64,000 bases of DNA from Candidatus Levyibacteriota bacterium (GTDB lineage Bacteria; Patescibacteriota; Microgenomatia; Levybacterales; UBA12049). Shown here piece by piece: positions 1 to 9,564 of the stretch. Where the stretch lies: NCBI GenBank assembly GCA_052034235.1, contig JBPOIT010000009.1, forward strand, positions 72,203 through 136,202, read 5' to 3'. Made by a program: the position numbers and the translations under genes. How positions within the stretch are numbered: position 1 is the first letter of the stretch; each line of letters opens with the position of its first letter. The notes under the pieces were generated by a model. It was not told where the DNA came from, ran no database searches, and worked only from the letters and a program-made list of their open reading frames with translations.

Positions 1-87
1 GCGTTGTTTTATATATTCACCAAGTTTTTGAGCTTCGTCTTGACGAAAGCTAAGTGGATAAGAGGCCTCAGTTACGCGCTGATCCAT
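1..87 (-). CDS. 5' fragment of an unknown CDS running off the window start (N-term MDQRVTEASYPLSFRQDEAQKLGEYIKQR)
   Basis: ATG at complement 85-87 with an open frame to the window edge. Only 29 codons are visible. Confidence 0.2.
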   Translation of the reverse strand, partial: MDQRVTEASYPLSFRQDEAQKLGEYIKQR

Positions 88-208
88 TAGGCAATTGTAT
101 CTATTTTTCGTATGTTTGGCAATCTAGCATTTTGTGATAAATGTCACATATGTCAGGTAACGGTGTGATATACTATTGTTGAGCAGATCGGTACTTCCCT
201 CTAGTGTC

Positions 209-1375
209 ATGAAGTATATAGATGACGTCACCATTACACATAAGACAGTGCTCCTCCGGGTGGATTTTAACGTGTCATTAAACCTCAACCAGACAATTGC
301 AGATGATGTCCGTATCCAACAATCTCTCCCAACTATTAAATACCTGCTTAAGAATCACAACAAAATTATTATCCTCGCCCATTTAGGTGAACCTGAGAAA
401 CGTGATCCTGAATCCTCATTACACCTTGTTGCAAAAAGACTCCATGAATACTTACCAGAAAATAAGGTGACATTGGTTGATGACTTCACAGCAGATGACC
501 ATCAACTAAAAGAACAAACTGAAGATGAAATAATTCTTCTTGAAAATATCAGATTTTACCCGGGAGAACAAGCCAATGATCCAGACTTTGCCAAACAACT
601 CGCAAAATTAGGAGAGATATATGTTAACGACGCCTTCGGCGTATCACATCGTAAAGCAGCATCACTCGTTGGACTCCCAGCAATACTCCCCTCTTACGCA
701 GGACTTCTTATGAAGAAAGAGATTACTATGCTTGAAAAGCTGATGAAACACCCGTACAAACCTTTTGTAGCTATTGTTGGAGGAAAAAAGATTGCAACAA
801 AAATTAAATTCATAACAAAACTTACAACAATTGCAGATTACGTTCTTGTTGGAGGAGGCCTCGCCAATACCTTTCTCGTTGCCTTAGGCCACAAAGTTGG
901 TGAAAGTCTCATTGCTGAGGACGATATTGAACAAGCTAAAAAGATTCTGCATTTAGCAGCAAAAGAAAAAACACAAATCCTCTTCCCTACTGATGTGGTT
1001 GTTGCAAAAAGCCTCGACAGTCATTCAAGCGATGTTAGAAGGATTGACCAAATAGGAGCTCATGAACAAATACTTGATATTGGACCAGACACACAGGCAG
1101 CATTTGGCGCGGCGATTGCAACTGCTAAAACAATTGTATGGAACGGGCCTGTTGGCTATATGGAGAACCCAGAATTCAAAAGAGGCACTGATTTCCTTTA
1201 TTATGCAATCACTCATAATGTCGCCGCAATATCTGTCTTAGGAGGTGGAGATACACTTGCTGCTATTAATAAAAAGGAGTATTTAAATAAAATCACTCAT
1301 ATATCTACCGGCGGAGGCGCTATGTTAGAGTTTATAGAGAATGGTACGCTACCAGCCATCGAAGCTCTCAAGTAA
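209..1375 (+). CDS. pgk: phosphoglycerate kinase
   Basis: Carries the RVDFNV N-terminal motif and the hinge and C-terminal PGK motifs (VGGGLANTF, GGGAMLEF). ATG at 209 matches the canonical PGK N-terminus; the ORF track's alternative start is TTG at 176. Confidence 0.9.
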   Translation: MKYIDDVTITHKTVLLRVDFNVSLNLNQTIADDVRIQQSLPTIKYLLKNHNKIIILAHLGEPEKRDPESSLHLVAKRLHEYLPENKVTLVDDFTADDHQLKEQTEDEIILLENIRFYPGEQANDPDFAKQLAKLGEIYVNDAFGVSHRKAASLVGLPAILPSYAGLLMKKEITMLEKLMKHPYKPFVAIVGGKKIATKIKFITKLTTIADYVLVGGGLANTFLVALGHKVGESLIAEDDIEQAKKILHLAAKEKTQILFPTDVVVAKSLDSHSSDVRRIDQIGAHEQILDIGPDTQAAFGAAIATAKTIVWNGPVGYMENPEFKRGTDFLYYAITHNVAAISVLGGGDTLAAINKKEYLNKITHISTGGGAMLEFIENGTLPAIEALK

Positions 1376-1417
1376 TAACTATTTTTTAATCATATTCTTT
1401 TCTGCTATACTAGCAGA

Positions 1418-2122
1418 ATGGAACTTATTGATTTCATACTTCACTTTGATGAACATCTCAAAACGATAATTGCTACTCTTGGGCCTCTCACTTACCTTAT
1501 TCTGTTTCTTATCGTTTTCGCTGAAACAGGGCTTGTTGTCGTCCCCTTTCTTCCTGGAGACTCATTACTTTTTGCTGTTGGAGCTGTTTCAAAAAGTACA
1601 GAACTCAATTTCACTGTTGCTTATATTACACTTATAAGTGCTGCAATTATGGGAGACTCAGTAAATTACTGGATTGGTAATAAGATTGGTCCTAGGGTTT
1701 TCGCGAAAGAAAACTCCCGTGTTTTTAGAAAAGAATATCTCGAGAAAACACGCGCATTCTATGAAAAGCATGGCGGCAAAACAATTATACTAGCACGATT
1801 CGTTCCTATTGTCCGTACATTTGCACCATTTGTTGCTGGTGTTGGAAAAATGCACTACCGTACATTCCTTTCTTATAATGTCATCGGAGCATTTATCTGG
1901 GTAAGCTCACTCATGGCGGCAGGGTTTTTATTCGGAAGTATACCTTTTGTTGAAAAAAACTTTGAGTATGTCGTTATCGGTATTATTCTCTTCTCACTAC
2001 TTCCGATGTTAATCGAGTACATTAATCATAAAAGAGCTGGCGCTATTACAAAAAAAGAAAAGGTAACAACTTCCTATAGTGACATTGAAGAAACGTTTAC
2101 GAAAAAACATATCAACGATTGA
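1418..2122 (+). CDS. DedA/SNARE-associated family membrane protein
   Basis: DedA signature VPFLPGDSLLFAVGA with multiple TM helices. Confidence 0.75.
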   Translation: MELIDFILHFDEHLKTIIATLGPLTYLILFLIVFAETGLVVVPFLPGDSLLFAVGAVSKSTELNFTVAYITLISAAIMGDSVNYWIGNKIGPRVFAKENSRVFRKEYLEKTRAFYEKHGGKTIILARFVPIVRTFAPFVAGVGKMHYRTFLSYNVIGAFIWVSSLMAAGFLFGSIPFVEKNFEYVVIGIILFSLLPMLIEYINHKRAGAITKKEKVTTSYSDIEETFTKKHIND

Positions 2123-2178
2123 CATCTATACTTAGTTAAGACTCCTCTTTCCAATTTTTCTGTGCTATACTTATTCCC

Positions 2179-3117
2179 ATGGATATTATCTCAATGGTTC
2201 TTATTATCTTAGGCCTTATTCTCTTTGAGACGGTCAGCAGTATTGATAATGCAGTTATAAATGCTCAAGTACTGTCTACCATGTCTGACAGGGCAAAGAA
2301 ATGGTTCCTCACGTGGGGGCTTTTTATCGCTGTTTTTGCGATGAGAGGACTCTTACCTTTTGCAATCATCTGGGCAGTAAATCCAGCTTTAGGACCAATA
2401 GGAGCTATCACTGCAGCGTTCAGCTCTGACCCAAGCGTCAAAGAATCCGTAGAAAAATCTGCTCCAGTGCTCCTTATGGGTGGTGGCGTTTTCCTTCTTT
2501 TTCTCTTTTTCCACTGGATCTTTCTTGAACCAAAACATTACGGCTTAAAAGGCGAACGTTTTATTTATTCTCAAGGCGTTTGGTTTTATGCTGTCGTTTC
2601 AATATTACTCGCCACAATTATCTGGTATGCTATACAAATTGATCCTATGATGGCCTTCTCTGCAGTTGTCGGATCAACGGCTTTCTTTATTACCCACGGT
2701 TTCAAGGAAAATGCTGAAAAAGCAGAACGTGAATTACTCAAAGCAGATAGTGGTCAATCTGACTTAAGTAAGATATTTTATCTTGAAGCTATTGATGCGA
2801 CTTTCTCAATTGATGGTGTTTTAGGCGCTTTTGCTTTTACCCTTTCAGTACCACTGATTATTATTGGAAACGGCATAGGAGCATTTGTGGTTAGAGAGGC
2901 AACTATTAAAGGAATTAATCAAATCAAAAAGTATGTATACCTTAAAAATGGAGCTATGTATTCAGTTTTCTTCCTAGGCTGTGTTATGTTATATGATAGT
3001 TTTGGCCATCATCTACCAGAATTATTAACGCCTGTAACAACAATCTTCATCATCGGGTACTTCTTTCTTAAATCAAAAAAAGAAATCAAACCCGCTTCTG
3101 CAAAAGCTTCTAAATAA
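2179..3117 (+). CDS. TerC/DUF475-family integral membrane protein
   Basis: SIDNAV and EAIDATFSIDGV motifs with about 8 TM helices. Confidence 0.55.
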   Translation: MDIISMVLIILGLILFETVSSIDNAVINAQVLSTMSDRAKKWFLTWGLFIAVFAMRGLLPFAIIWAVNPALGPIGAITAAFSSDPSVKESVEKSAPVLLMGGGVFLLFLFFHWIFLEPKHYGLKGERFIYSQGVWFYAVVSILLATIIWYAIQIDPMMAFSAVVGSTAFFITHGFKENAEKAERELLKADSGQSDLSKIFYLEAIDATFSIDGVLGAFAFTLSVPLIIIGNGIGAFVVREATIKGINQIKKYVYLKNGAMYSVFFLGCVMLYDSFGHHLPELLTPVTTIFIIGYFFLKSKKEIKPASAKASK

Positions 3118-3118
3118 A

Positions 3119-5815
3119 TTATTTCTTTGAGAACTGAAAAATAATATCTTTATCCGAATCTAACTTTGTTTGATAACTTACTTTTCCTCCAATGTCTACT
3201 CCCCCACTCTCTTTGCTATTGAGGAATCCATAACCCGAAGGATATGCAACAATAAGACTGAAGGGATCAGAGACAGTGCCTGGTTGTTTAAAAAGTCTAA
3301 GGTTATAAAGCAGCTCTGGAGCATTTTGTTTTTTTACTTGTGGGATAGTAAAGTTAATTGCAATTGTTTTCTTACTGCCGGCAGGTACTTGATGAACAAA
3401 TCCAATTGCTCTTTTACCACTGATCGTTGTTTCTTCAAGTTCAAGTTCTGCGGGTGGTAAAAATCCAGTTTTTGTAAAAACTGCAGGATCTGCAATCGCG
3501 GGAGTTGTTTTAACTACTTGGTTATCAAAAAGAACGGAAGTTATTTGAGCAATATTAGGTAATAAGAACCTCACATAATTTTTGTAATCACCACCAAAAG
3601 GACTATCTTTCTTACTTGTATTCTCATACGTTACCGTCACCGTAGATTGCATATCAGACTCTCCTACTGAGACCTTTTGATCAATGACACGCTTGAGGTA
3701 ATAATTTGTTTTGTTTGCCCCAATATTTGCATCAATAACTCCAAGATAGTCAAGGATAGAACCCTCTGATTGAGATCTCGCATCCCACATGGCACCTGAA
3801 AGATTATTTACTGTGTATACTTCTTGTAATCCAATATCAGAGAAAGCTACCATTACATGTTTTCCCTTAATCGACTCTATAATGCCAGAACTAAGTAATG
3901 GTACTGATATTTGTTTTTTCTCTTGGATATGAAGGGTTATTGCGTTAAAGAGTGACCGAAGAAAATCCTTTTTTTGTGATGACCCAGGAAAAAAATCTTT
4001 TTCAGCATGTGTCTGCGTTAGCATATAAAAATTATCAGCGGTTACTGTCTCGTTATAATCCTCTACTTTGACTGAACCAATTGCTTTAAGTACTTTATGA
4101 AGGAATTCAGTGTCAACTGCGATTACACCATCAACTTTTTCATTTGTTTCAAGTTGCAGGAAGTTTGTAGCCAGCTGAGCGTTTTTTGTAAAATCTGGAT
4201 CAAAATTGCTATCACGCAGGAACCAATGAGCTGCACCTAAGTATCTTCGTAAACCATATGGCGGCTCAATATGTGTTGTAAGTTTGCCGTCAGCATCATA
4301 AACGTCATAAATTTGTAAAGGATCGTATTTACCGTTTTCAATTGAGAGTAATCCATAGGAACCAATGAATCCCCCACCCGGGCGGAGTTCCATATTATTT
4401 TGAAATAATACGAGATACTTTTTTTTGCCTTCAAAACCCAAAATAACAGGATACGTGTCTCCTGTATTTTCAAGAAGTATGATTATCTCTTCAAGTTTTG
4501 TCATTTTCGCTTCGATTTGTTGTGGCAATTTGTGTTCGGCTTTTAATTTTTGTAATGTTAATAATGAGTTCTTTGTACCGGCTAATGCTTGTAAGAAATC
4601 ATGTTTTGGCTGAGATGTCTTACCATCTGTAATTTTTTGCATAGTCTCTGCAGAATTAAGTAATTCACTTGCAACTTCTGTTACTTGTTTTCCCAAGGAG
4701 AGTTGTTCAGAAAGTGCGTGCTTTTGAGAGGCAGCTACATATTCCAAATAAATCAATGCTTCTGTCATGGTAGATGCTGAACTAAATGAGAAATCTGCAG
4801 CTGCAATATATTGTTTGGCTGAGGCAAAATTTGTCTTTTCTGCTTCCTTGATGGACATTTGCAACGAACTTACTCCGACAATTGAGAAAAGGCCAATAAG
4901 CACACCAGGTAAAATAATAAAATATAAAAGTATGATACCTATAATAAGTATTGGACTCCCCTTTTGTTTACCGGTTTTTTGCATTGTTTTTTTGAGGTGC
5001 ACTCTTTCACCTCTTGTTATTTGCTGTGTAAAATCAATATCTCGCAGTCTTGCTTCTAGATTGTAGTCAGGAAAACAATACGCTCCTTCTTGCGGAATAT
5101 AATATTGAGGCTGGCGTCTTTTGTATTTACGATAGTCCACTTTAAAATGAGGATGTATTTTCTGAATAATTCTCGCTACTGAGGTTTCACTAATTTCATG
5201 TTTTGGAAAGATAAAAAGTACTCTGCTTGTTCGAGTTTGCGAGAACGCGACTGCAATAAGCGCAGTAAGTAAATCCTCTAGATGAACCGGGTATAAATGC
5301 CCAGAACCATTGCTTGGAACTTCAATCCTCCCATGCAAACGTGCTTGGAAAATAAAATATGTTAATAAGTTTTCTTCGAGCAAATCATTATCAAATATTT
5401 CCCCATAAAGCACGATGTGTAAATGATGAAAAATATGTTTTGAAAGTGCTTTAAATAACGATGGACTACTATAAAAAAGTGATGTGATAAAAAACAATTT
5501 GCCTGCACTTTCATTAGCTTTTTTCATAAAAGAAGGCAGCATATCGAGCATCTCCTCTTCTCCGTTGTAGTACAGAAAAACATGTGAATAGATGTTATCG
5601 GGAATTAACGGGATTTTTTTTCTGTAAGGAATATGAATAATATTACGTTCAGTTGCCATTTCTTCGGGGATTTTCGGCGATACCAATACGACTAAGAATT
5701 GTCTATATAGTTTTCTTGCAAGCTCTATCCCCAATGCACCTGATTTGTCTATAATAAGTATGGGTAAAAGTGAAGTTCGTTCGGTAGTAACTAAGAGTGG
5801 TCTATTTTCAGCCAT
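3119..5815 (-). CDS. DUF4012-domain membrane protein with a degenerate N-terminal Rossmann-like (epimerase-like) cytoplasmic domain
   Basis: Has a central TM segment followed by the NNMELRPGGGFIGSYG...YDADG block typical of DUF4012. The N-terminus carries ILIIDKSGALGIELARKL, which resembles a GxGxxG NAD-binding fold with substitutions. Start placed at the ATG of MAENRP; the ORF track's start is TTG at 5860. Confidence 0.6.
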   Translation of the reverse strand: MAENRPLLVTTERTSLLPILIIDKSGALGIELARKLYRQFLVVLVSPKIPEEMATERNIIHIPYRKKIPLIPDNIYSHVFLYYNGEEEMLDMLPSFMKKANESAGKLFFITSLFYSSPSLFKALSKHIFHHLHIVLYGEIFDNDLLEENLLTYFIFQARLHGRIEVPSNGSGHLYPVHLEDLLTALIAVAFSQTRTSRVLFIFPKHEISETSVARIIQKIHPHFKVDYRKYKRRQPQYYIPQEGAYCFPDYNLEARLRDIDFTQQITRGERVHLKKTMQKTGKQKGSPILIIGIILLYFIILPGVLIGLFSIVGVSSLQMSIKEAEKTNFASAKQYIAAADFSFSSASTMTEALIYLEYVAASQKHALSEQLSLGKQVTEVASELLNSAETMQKITDGKTSQPKHDFLQALAGTKNSLLTLQKLKAEHKLPQQIEAKMTKLEEIIILLENTGDTYPVILGFEGKKKYLVLFQNNMELRPGGGFIGSYGLLSIENGKYDPLQIYDVYDADGKLTTHIEPPYGLRRYLGAAHWFLRDSNFDPDFTKNAQLATNFLQLETNEKVDGVIAVDTEFLHKVLKAIGSVKVEDYNETVTADNFYMLTQTHAEKDFFPGSSQKKDFLRSLFNAITLHIQEKKQISVPLLSSGIIESIKGKHVMVAFSDIGLQEVYTVNNLSGAMWDARSQSEGSILDYLGVIDANIGANKTNYYLKRVIDQKVSVGESDMQSTVTVTYENTSKKDSPFGGDYKNYVRFLLPNIAQITSVLFDNQVVKTTPAIADPAVFTKTGFLPPAELELEETTISGKRAIGFVHQVPAGSKKTIAINFTIPQVKKQNAPELLYNLRLFKQPGTVSDPFSLIVAYPSGYGFLNSKESGGVDIGGKVSYQTKLDSDKDIIFQFSKK

Positions 5816-5999
5816 ATACTCATGATACATCGAGGAGTAATGGGTGTAAACAAAAAACAAGTTTCTAGGTTCAAATTAGGTATAATTTTACTATTGGGTT
5901 ATGCATATTTTTCGATTAATTTGCATAACTACCAATCATATTGTATATTAATCTATTCTGTCAAGATACGAAAATAACTCGAATTAACAAGCTTTTTCA

Positions 6000-7352
6000 C
6001 TATGTTCCTATATTTTTCGCCTTACCCAAATGCAATGTCATTGAAAGGTTAGTCCAACTTAGTCCAAGTATAAAAGTAAACAAGAGTTGTCCTTGCTGTA
6101 GGGTAATCCAATAATGATCCATACTACCAGTAACTAGTATTACCGAGAAACAAACAAGAATTGGAATATGAGTCAACAATTGTTTTTTGTGGAACATACG
6201 CTTAAAAGTTTTCCCGAGAAATACGAACATAAACCCTAATCCTACAATCCCAATCTCAGCACCTATCAAAAGAAAAAGATTATGCACTGGTTGAAGATGT
6301 AAATGCATTAAAAGAGGGGATTGTGCCTCATACAGTGATGGAAGGAAATTACCAAGCCCTACGCCCTCTACAGGGCGTTTGACGACCATTGTTAAAGCAG
6401 CTTGTGCCAATAAATTTCTTTCTACGAATGATTCCTCCGTAACGGATGTCGTAAGAAAGCGAGGTGCGACAATTTGAGTAATGAGTAAAATACTTACGAC
6501 AGCGATAAAAGAATAACTAAATACCCTTAACTTTCCTAAGACTAATGCTTTATTGATAACTTGTCTCATAAACACTATCACAATAAATCCCACCCAGATA
6601 AGAATGGCAATCCTACTTAACGTAAGTAAGAGAGCTGCACTACCAAGGAGGAGAGAACTAACTGCAAGTATTCGTAGTGATTTGCGAGTCACTGGATATA
6701 AGTAAAAGAAGATAAGAAACATGCTCACAACAAGAAATCCTGCAAGCACATTGGGATGTGGGAATGTGCCATATGCACGCATCACAAGTTCTCCATTAAG
6801 AGACGCATTTGCTATCCCAGGAGTTGAAGCAGTAAATGAACGTTCTCCAAAAAAGTAAAATAGCCCACCGATTGAACTTTGAATATTATATTGAAGAATT
6901 GCTACTATTGATTCGAAAACGACACCGACAGCAAGTAAACTAGTTATTTGTTGTAAAGACATAATCTTTGGGACAGATGCTTTAATGTAAAAGAACAACA
7001 ATGCATATTCGACAAATTTAACCCAATGATAAAAACCGTTATAAATATTGCCAGAGACAAAAATATTAATAAGCAAAAAGAGAATAAAGAGAAGAAGAGG
7101 GAATGGGAATAGAAACTTTTTTAGAGATAGTTGCTTGTGGTTTGTATTACGAATAACCCAAACTATAAAAAGAGAAACAATCAATAAGTCTGTTGTATAG
7201 ATAGTGGGGGAGAGATAATCAATTCTAAGACCATTAACGACTGCAAATTCTGGCCAAAAGTGTTTACCAAACTGTGTAGGTAAAAGCAGAATTAAGAGAA
7301 TAAATGCAGTTTTTTCAAACAATATGAGAGGGTTTTTTATGAGTAATCGCAT
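6000..7352 (-). CDS. O-antigen ligase/polymerase-like (Wzy_C-type) polytopic membrane protein
   Basis: Has at least 10 TM helices with an extracytoplasmic loop, and sits adjacent to the DUF4012 gene. The family assignment comes from topology and context only. Confidence 0.45.
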   Translation of the reverse strand: MRLLIKNPLILFEKTAFILLILLLPTQFGKHFWPEFAVVNGLRIDYLSPTIYTTDLLIVSLFIVWVIRNTNHKQLSLKKFLFPFPLLLFILFLLINIFVSGNIYNGFYHWVKFVEYALLFFYIKASVPKIMSLQQITSLLAVGVVFESIVAILQYNIQSSIGGLFYFFGERSFTASTPGIANASLNGELVMRAYGTFPHPNVLAGFLVVSMFLIFFYLYPVTRKSLRILAVSSLLLGSAALLLTLSRIAILIWVGFIVIVFMRQVINKALVLGKLRVFSYSFIAVVSILLITQIVAPRFLTTSVTEESFVERNLLAQAALTMVVKRPVEGVGLGNFLPSLYEAQSPLLMHLHLQPVHNLFLLIGAEIGIVGLGFMFVFLGKTFKRMFHKKQLLTHIPILVCFSVILVTGSMDHYWITLQQGQLLFTFILGLSWTNLSMTLHLGKAKNIGT

Positions 7353-7416
7353 TTGTACGATTATAGCGCAGAATTTCTAATGTATATAAGGAAAAATGGT
7401 TAAGAGACGAGGGGGG

Positions 7417-7887
7417 TTATTTAGGTTTGATGATGAGTACACGGTCTTTGCCTTCTCCTGATGATTCTGACATGACCTGGTCGTCATCTTGTAAAAGAAC
7501 GTGAATGATTCTACGTTCCCAAGATTTCAGAGACATTAAGATTTGTTCCTGGTTTTCCTCAATTGCTTTTTCTTTTGTTTGTTGTGCGAGTTTCTCAAGA
7601 TATTCAGTTCTGTTTTTCTTGTAACCGTCAACTTCAATGGAAATGCGCATAAAGTGTCCGAGTTTCTTAGCAATTGCTAAAGAGAGGATGAGCTGCAGTG
7701 ATTCTAAAACTTCGCCGTGGTAACCAATAACCATACCTGTATCTTTGGTTTCCATCATGATATCAAGCGTTTCTCCGTTTGTTGCGATAGAGAACGTGCC
7801 ATCAATGCCTAATAATGAAAACAGCTCTTCAACGAGTTGTTCAATTGCTTTTTGATCTTTTGCTGTGATTTTGGTTGCTTCTTCCAT
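7417..7887 (-). CDS. jag: Jag/KhpB-like RNA-binding protein (KH plus R3H domains)
   Basis: KH-like GYHGEVLESLQ and R3H-like IHVLLQDDD motifs. It also sits in the conserved position next to yidC. Confidence 0.7.
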   Translation of the reverse strand: MEEATKITAKDQKAIEQLVEELFSLLGIDGTFSIATNGETLDIMMETKDTGMVIGYHGEVLESLQLILSLAIAKKLGHFMRISIEVDGYKKNRTEYLEKLAQQTKEKAIEENQEQILMSLKSWERRIIHVLLQDDDQVMSESSGEGKDRVLIIKPK

Positions 7888-7892
7888 AGTAT

Positions 7893-8717
7893 TTATGCTT
7901 TCTTGCCGCTTAATTTAGTGACCCATCCTTGGAGCCCACCCCATCCGCTGACAAGGTACTGCTGTATAATACCAAAAATCGTGTAAGTATTCCAGTAGAG
8001 AGATAAACCTACTGAAAACTGGAAAGAGAAGACTGCAATCATAATTGGAAGAATATAAAGTGTTTGCTTTTGAAATGTGGCCATGAAATCTTCAGGTTTT
8101 GGATCTCGAATTTGTTGCACTGTTTTCTTTGTAGAAGCAGGCATCATCATTTTTGATTGTGCAAATTGGAAAACTGCTGTTAATACAGGTACTAAAATTG
8201 CAAGTACCGGTGCAACAGCCATAAGTTGTGTTGGCGTTTTATCAAGTGCCAAACCAAAGAAATCAGTATTAAATGGCTGCATTATCTGAAGAGCTGGCGC
8301 ATAAGCCAAATTATTAACATACGTAACTAAATCTTTACCTTGCTTTGATAACACGTTCATAAGCGCAGGATAAAGACCAAAAAGTAAAATGACTATTTGT
8401 ACTAAACCTGGTAAACAACCAGCTGCTGGATTAACTCCATGTTCACGATAAAGAGCGAGTTGTGCCTGCTGCTGTTGTTTCATATCTCCCTTGTATTTCT
8501 CTTTTATCTTATTCATCAGCGGAGCAAGCTCCTGCATCTTTTTTGACATGGTGAGTTGATTGGTAACAAGGGGATACATGATGAGTCTAATAAAAACAGT
8601 TAATAGAATAATTGAAAATCCAAAAGCATAGGGAATATGCATCGAAGATAGCAGATGATAGAAGGCTAACAAGCTATTGGTAATTGGTTGAATTAAGATG
8701 ATATTAAATATGTCCAT
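7893..8717 (-). CDS. yidC: membrane protein insertase YidC/Oxa1 family
   Basis: Polytopic protein carrying a conserved YidC block (LALYREHGVNPAAGCLPGLVQIVILLFGLY). It also sits in the expected rnpA-yidD-yidC synteny. Confidence 0.85.
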   Translation of the reverse strand: MDIFNIILIQPITNSLLAFYHLLSSMHIPYAFGFSIILLTVFIRLIMYPLVTNQLTMSKKMQELAPLMNKIKEKYKGDMKQQQQAQLALYREHGVNPAAGCLPGLVQIVILLFGLYPALMNVLSKQGKDLVTYVNNLAYAPALQIMQPFNTDFFGLALDKTPTQLMAVAPVLAILVPVLTAVFQFAQSKMMMPASTKKTVQQIRDPKPEDFMATFQKQTLYILPIMIAVFSFQFSVGLSLYWNTYTIFGIIQQYLVSGWGGLQGWVTKLSGKKA

Positions 8718-8922
8718 ATGATTTACTGAAAGGCTGGCAGCTAAGTAATCTACGCATTGCCAATTGTACTCCTTTTAAAACACCGTGTTTTTCGACCGAT
8801 TGTTTCGCATATGCTGAACATGTAGGTGTGTATCTGCACATTGATTTGATACCGAGAAGCTGATTGATGGCAGGTGAAATAAATTGATATATGCTAATTA
8901 AACTAAGTAATATAAACTTCAT
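8704..8922 (-). CDS. yidD: membrane protein insertion efficiency factor YidD
   Basis: CRYTPTCSAYA motif. A 72-aa gene between rnpA and yidC. Confidence 0.8.
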   Translation of the reverse strand: MKFILLSLISIYQFISPAINQLLGIKSMCRYTPTCSAYAKQSVEKHGVLKGVQLAMRRLLSCQPFSKSYGHI

Positions 8923-8945
8923 TATGTGTAACTTTGGGTGAACAA

Positions 8946-9278
8946 TTATGATTTCAGCAGCTTCTTTATTGAAAGAAACTTATCAGTTTCACTTAAGAGG
9001 ATTTCTCTCTCAGCACCTATTATACCTTTTTTTAATAAAAAAAGCATGTCATACCCACCAATGATGTTTTCGAAACGTTCCTCAATGCATGATCTGAGTA
9101 TTCGTCTAGCTTTATTGCGATATACAGCTTGTTTTGCAACTGCCTTACCAATAATAAAACCGAATCTACTATATTCCTGTGCGTTAGGTATAACCTTAAC
9201 AAGAAAATATGCTGTTGGATAAACGGATGCGTTCCTAAAATGGACTGAAGCCGGTAAACGGTATTGACGGGGGAGCAT
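8946..9278 (-). CDS. rnpA: ribonuclease P protein component
   Basis: Basic 110-aa protein with an RnpA-like fold signature (FGFIIGKAVAKQAVYRNKARR), sitting immediately downstream of rpmH. Confidence 0.85.
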   Translation of the reverse strand: MLPRQYRLPASVHFRNASVYPTAYFLVKVIPNAQEYSRFGFIIGKAVAKQAVYRNKARRILRSCIEERFENIIGGYDMLFLLKKGIIGAEREILLSETDKFLSIKKLLKS

Positions 9279-9282
9279 GAAA

Positions 9283-9417
9283 TTAAACGGTTAGTCTAGC
9301 TCTACCTTGATCTCTTCTACGTTTGATTGTTTTACGACCGCCATGAGATTTCATCATGACCAAAAAGCCGTGTTTTCGCTTGCGCTTTACTTTTTTAATT
9401 TTTGTTAATCTTTCCAT
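9283..9417 (-). CDS. rpmH: 50S ribosomal protein L34
   Basis: Manual translation gives MERLTKIKKVKRKRKHGFLVMMKSHGGRKTIKRRRDQGRARLTV (44 aa), a canonical L34. This gene is not in the ORF track because it is shorter than 60 aa. Confidence 0.85.
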   Translation of the reverse strand: MERLTKIKKVKRKRKHGFLVMMKSHGGRKTIKRRRDQGRARLTV

Positions 9418-9538
9418 GACGTATAGTATAGCAAATTTAGTCACAATTAACAATTCTTAGATAATCACCGTTTATTCACCAAAACACACCAATTAGTACA
9501 GCTTGTTAAATAATGCCATTTCGAGTCTTGACAATGAG

Positions 9539-9547
9539 TTATCCACA
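9539..9547 (+). promoter_or_regulatory. perfect DnaA box TTATCCACA in the rpmH-dnaA intergenic region
   Basis: The exact 9-mer sits 18 nt upstream of the dnaA start. Confidence 0.6.
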
Positions 9548-9564
9548 TTATTAAATAGAAACCC

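Noticed and set aside
1401-1417. Perfect hairpin TCTGCTA-TAC-TAGCAGA read as a pgk terminator
   Set aside because: It lacks a U-tract. It abuts the dedA ATG and contains TGCTATACT, so it fits better as an extended -10 promoter for a leaderless dedA transcript.
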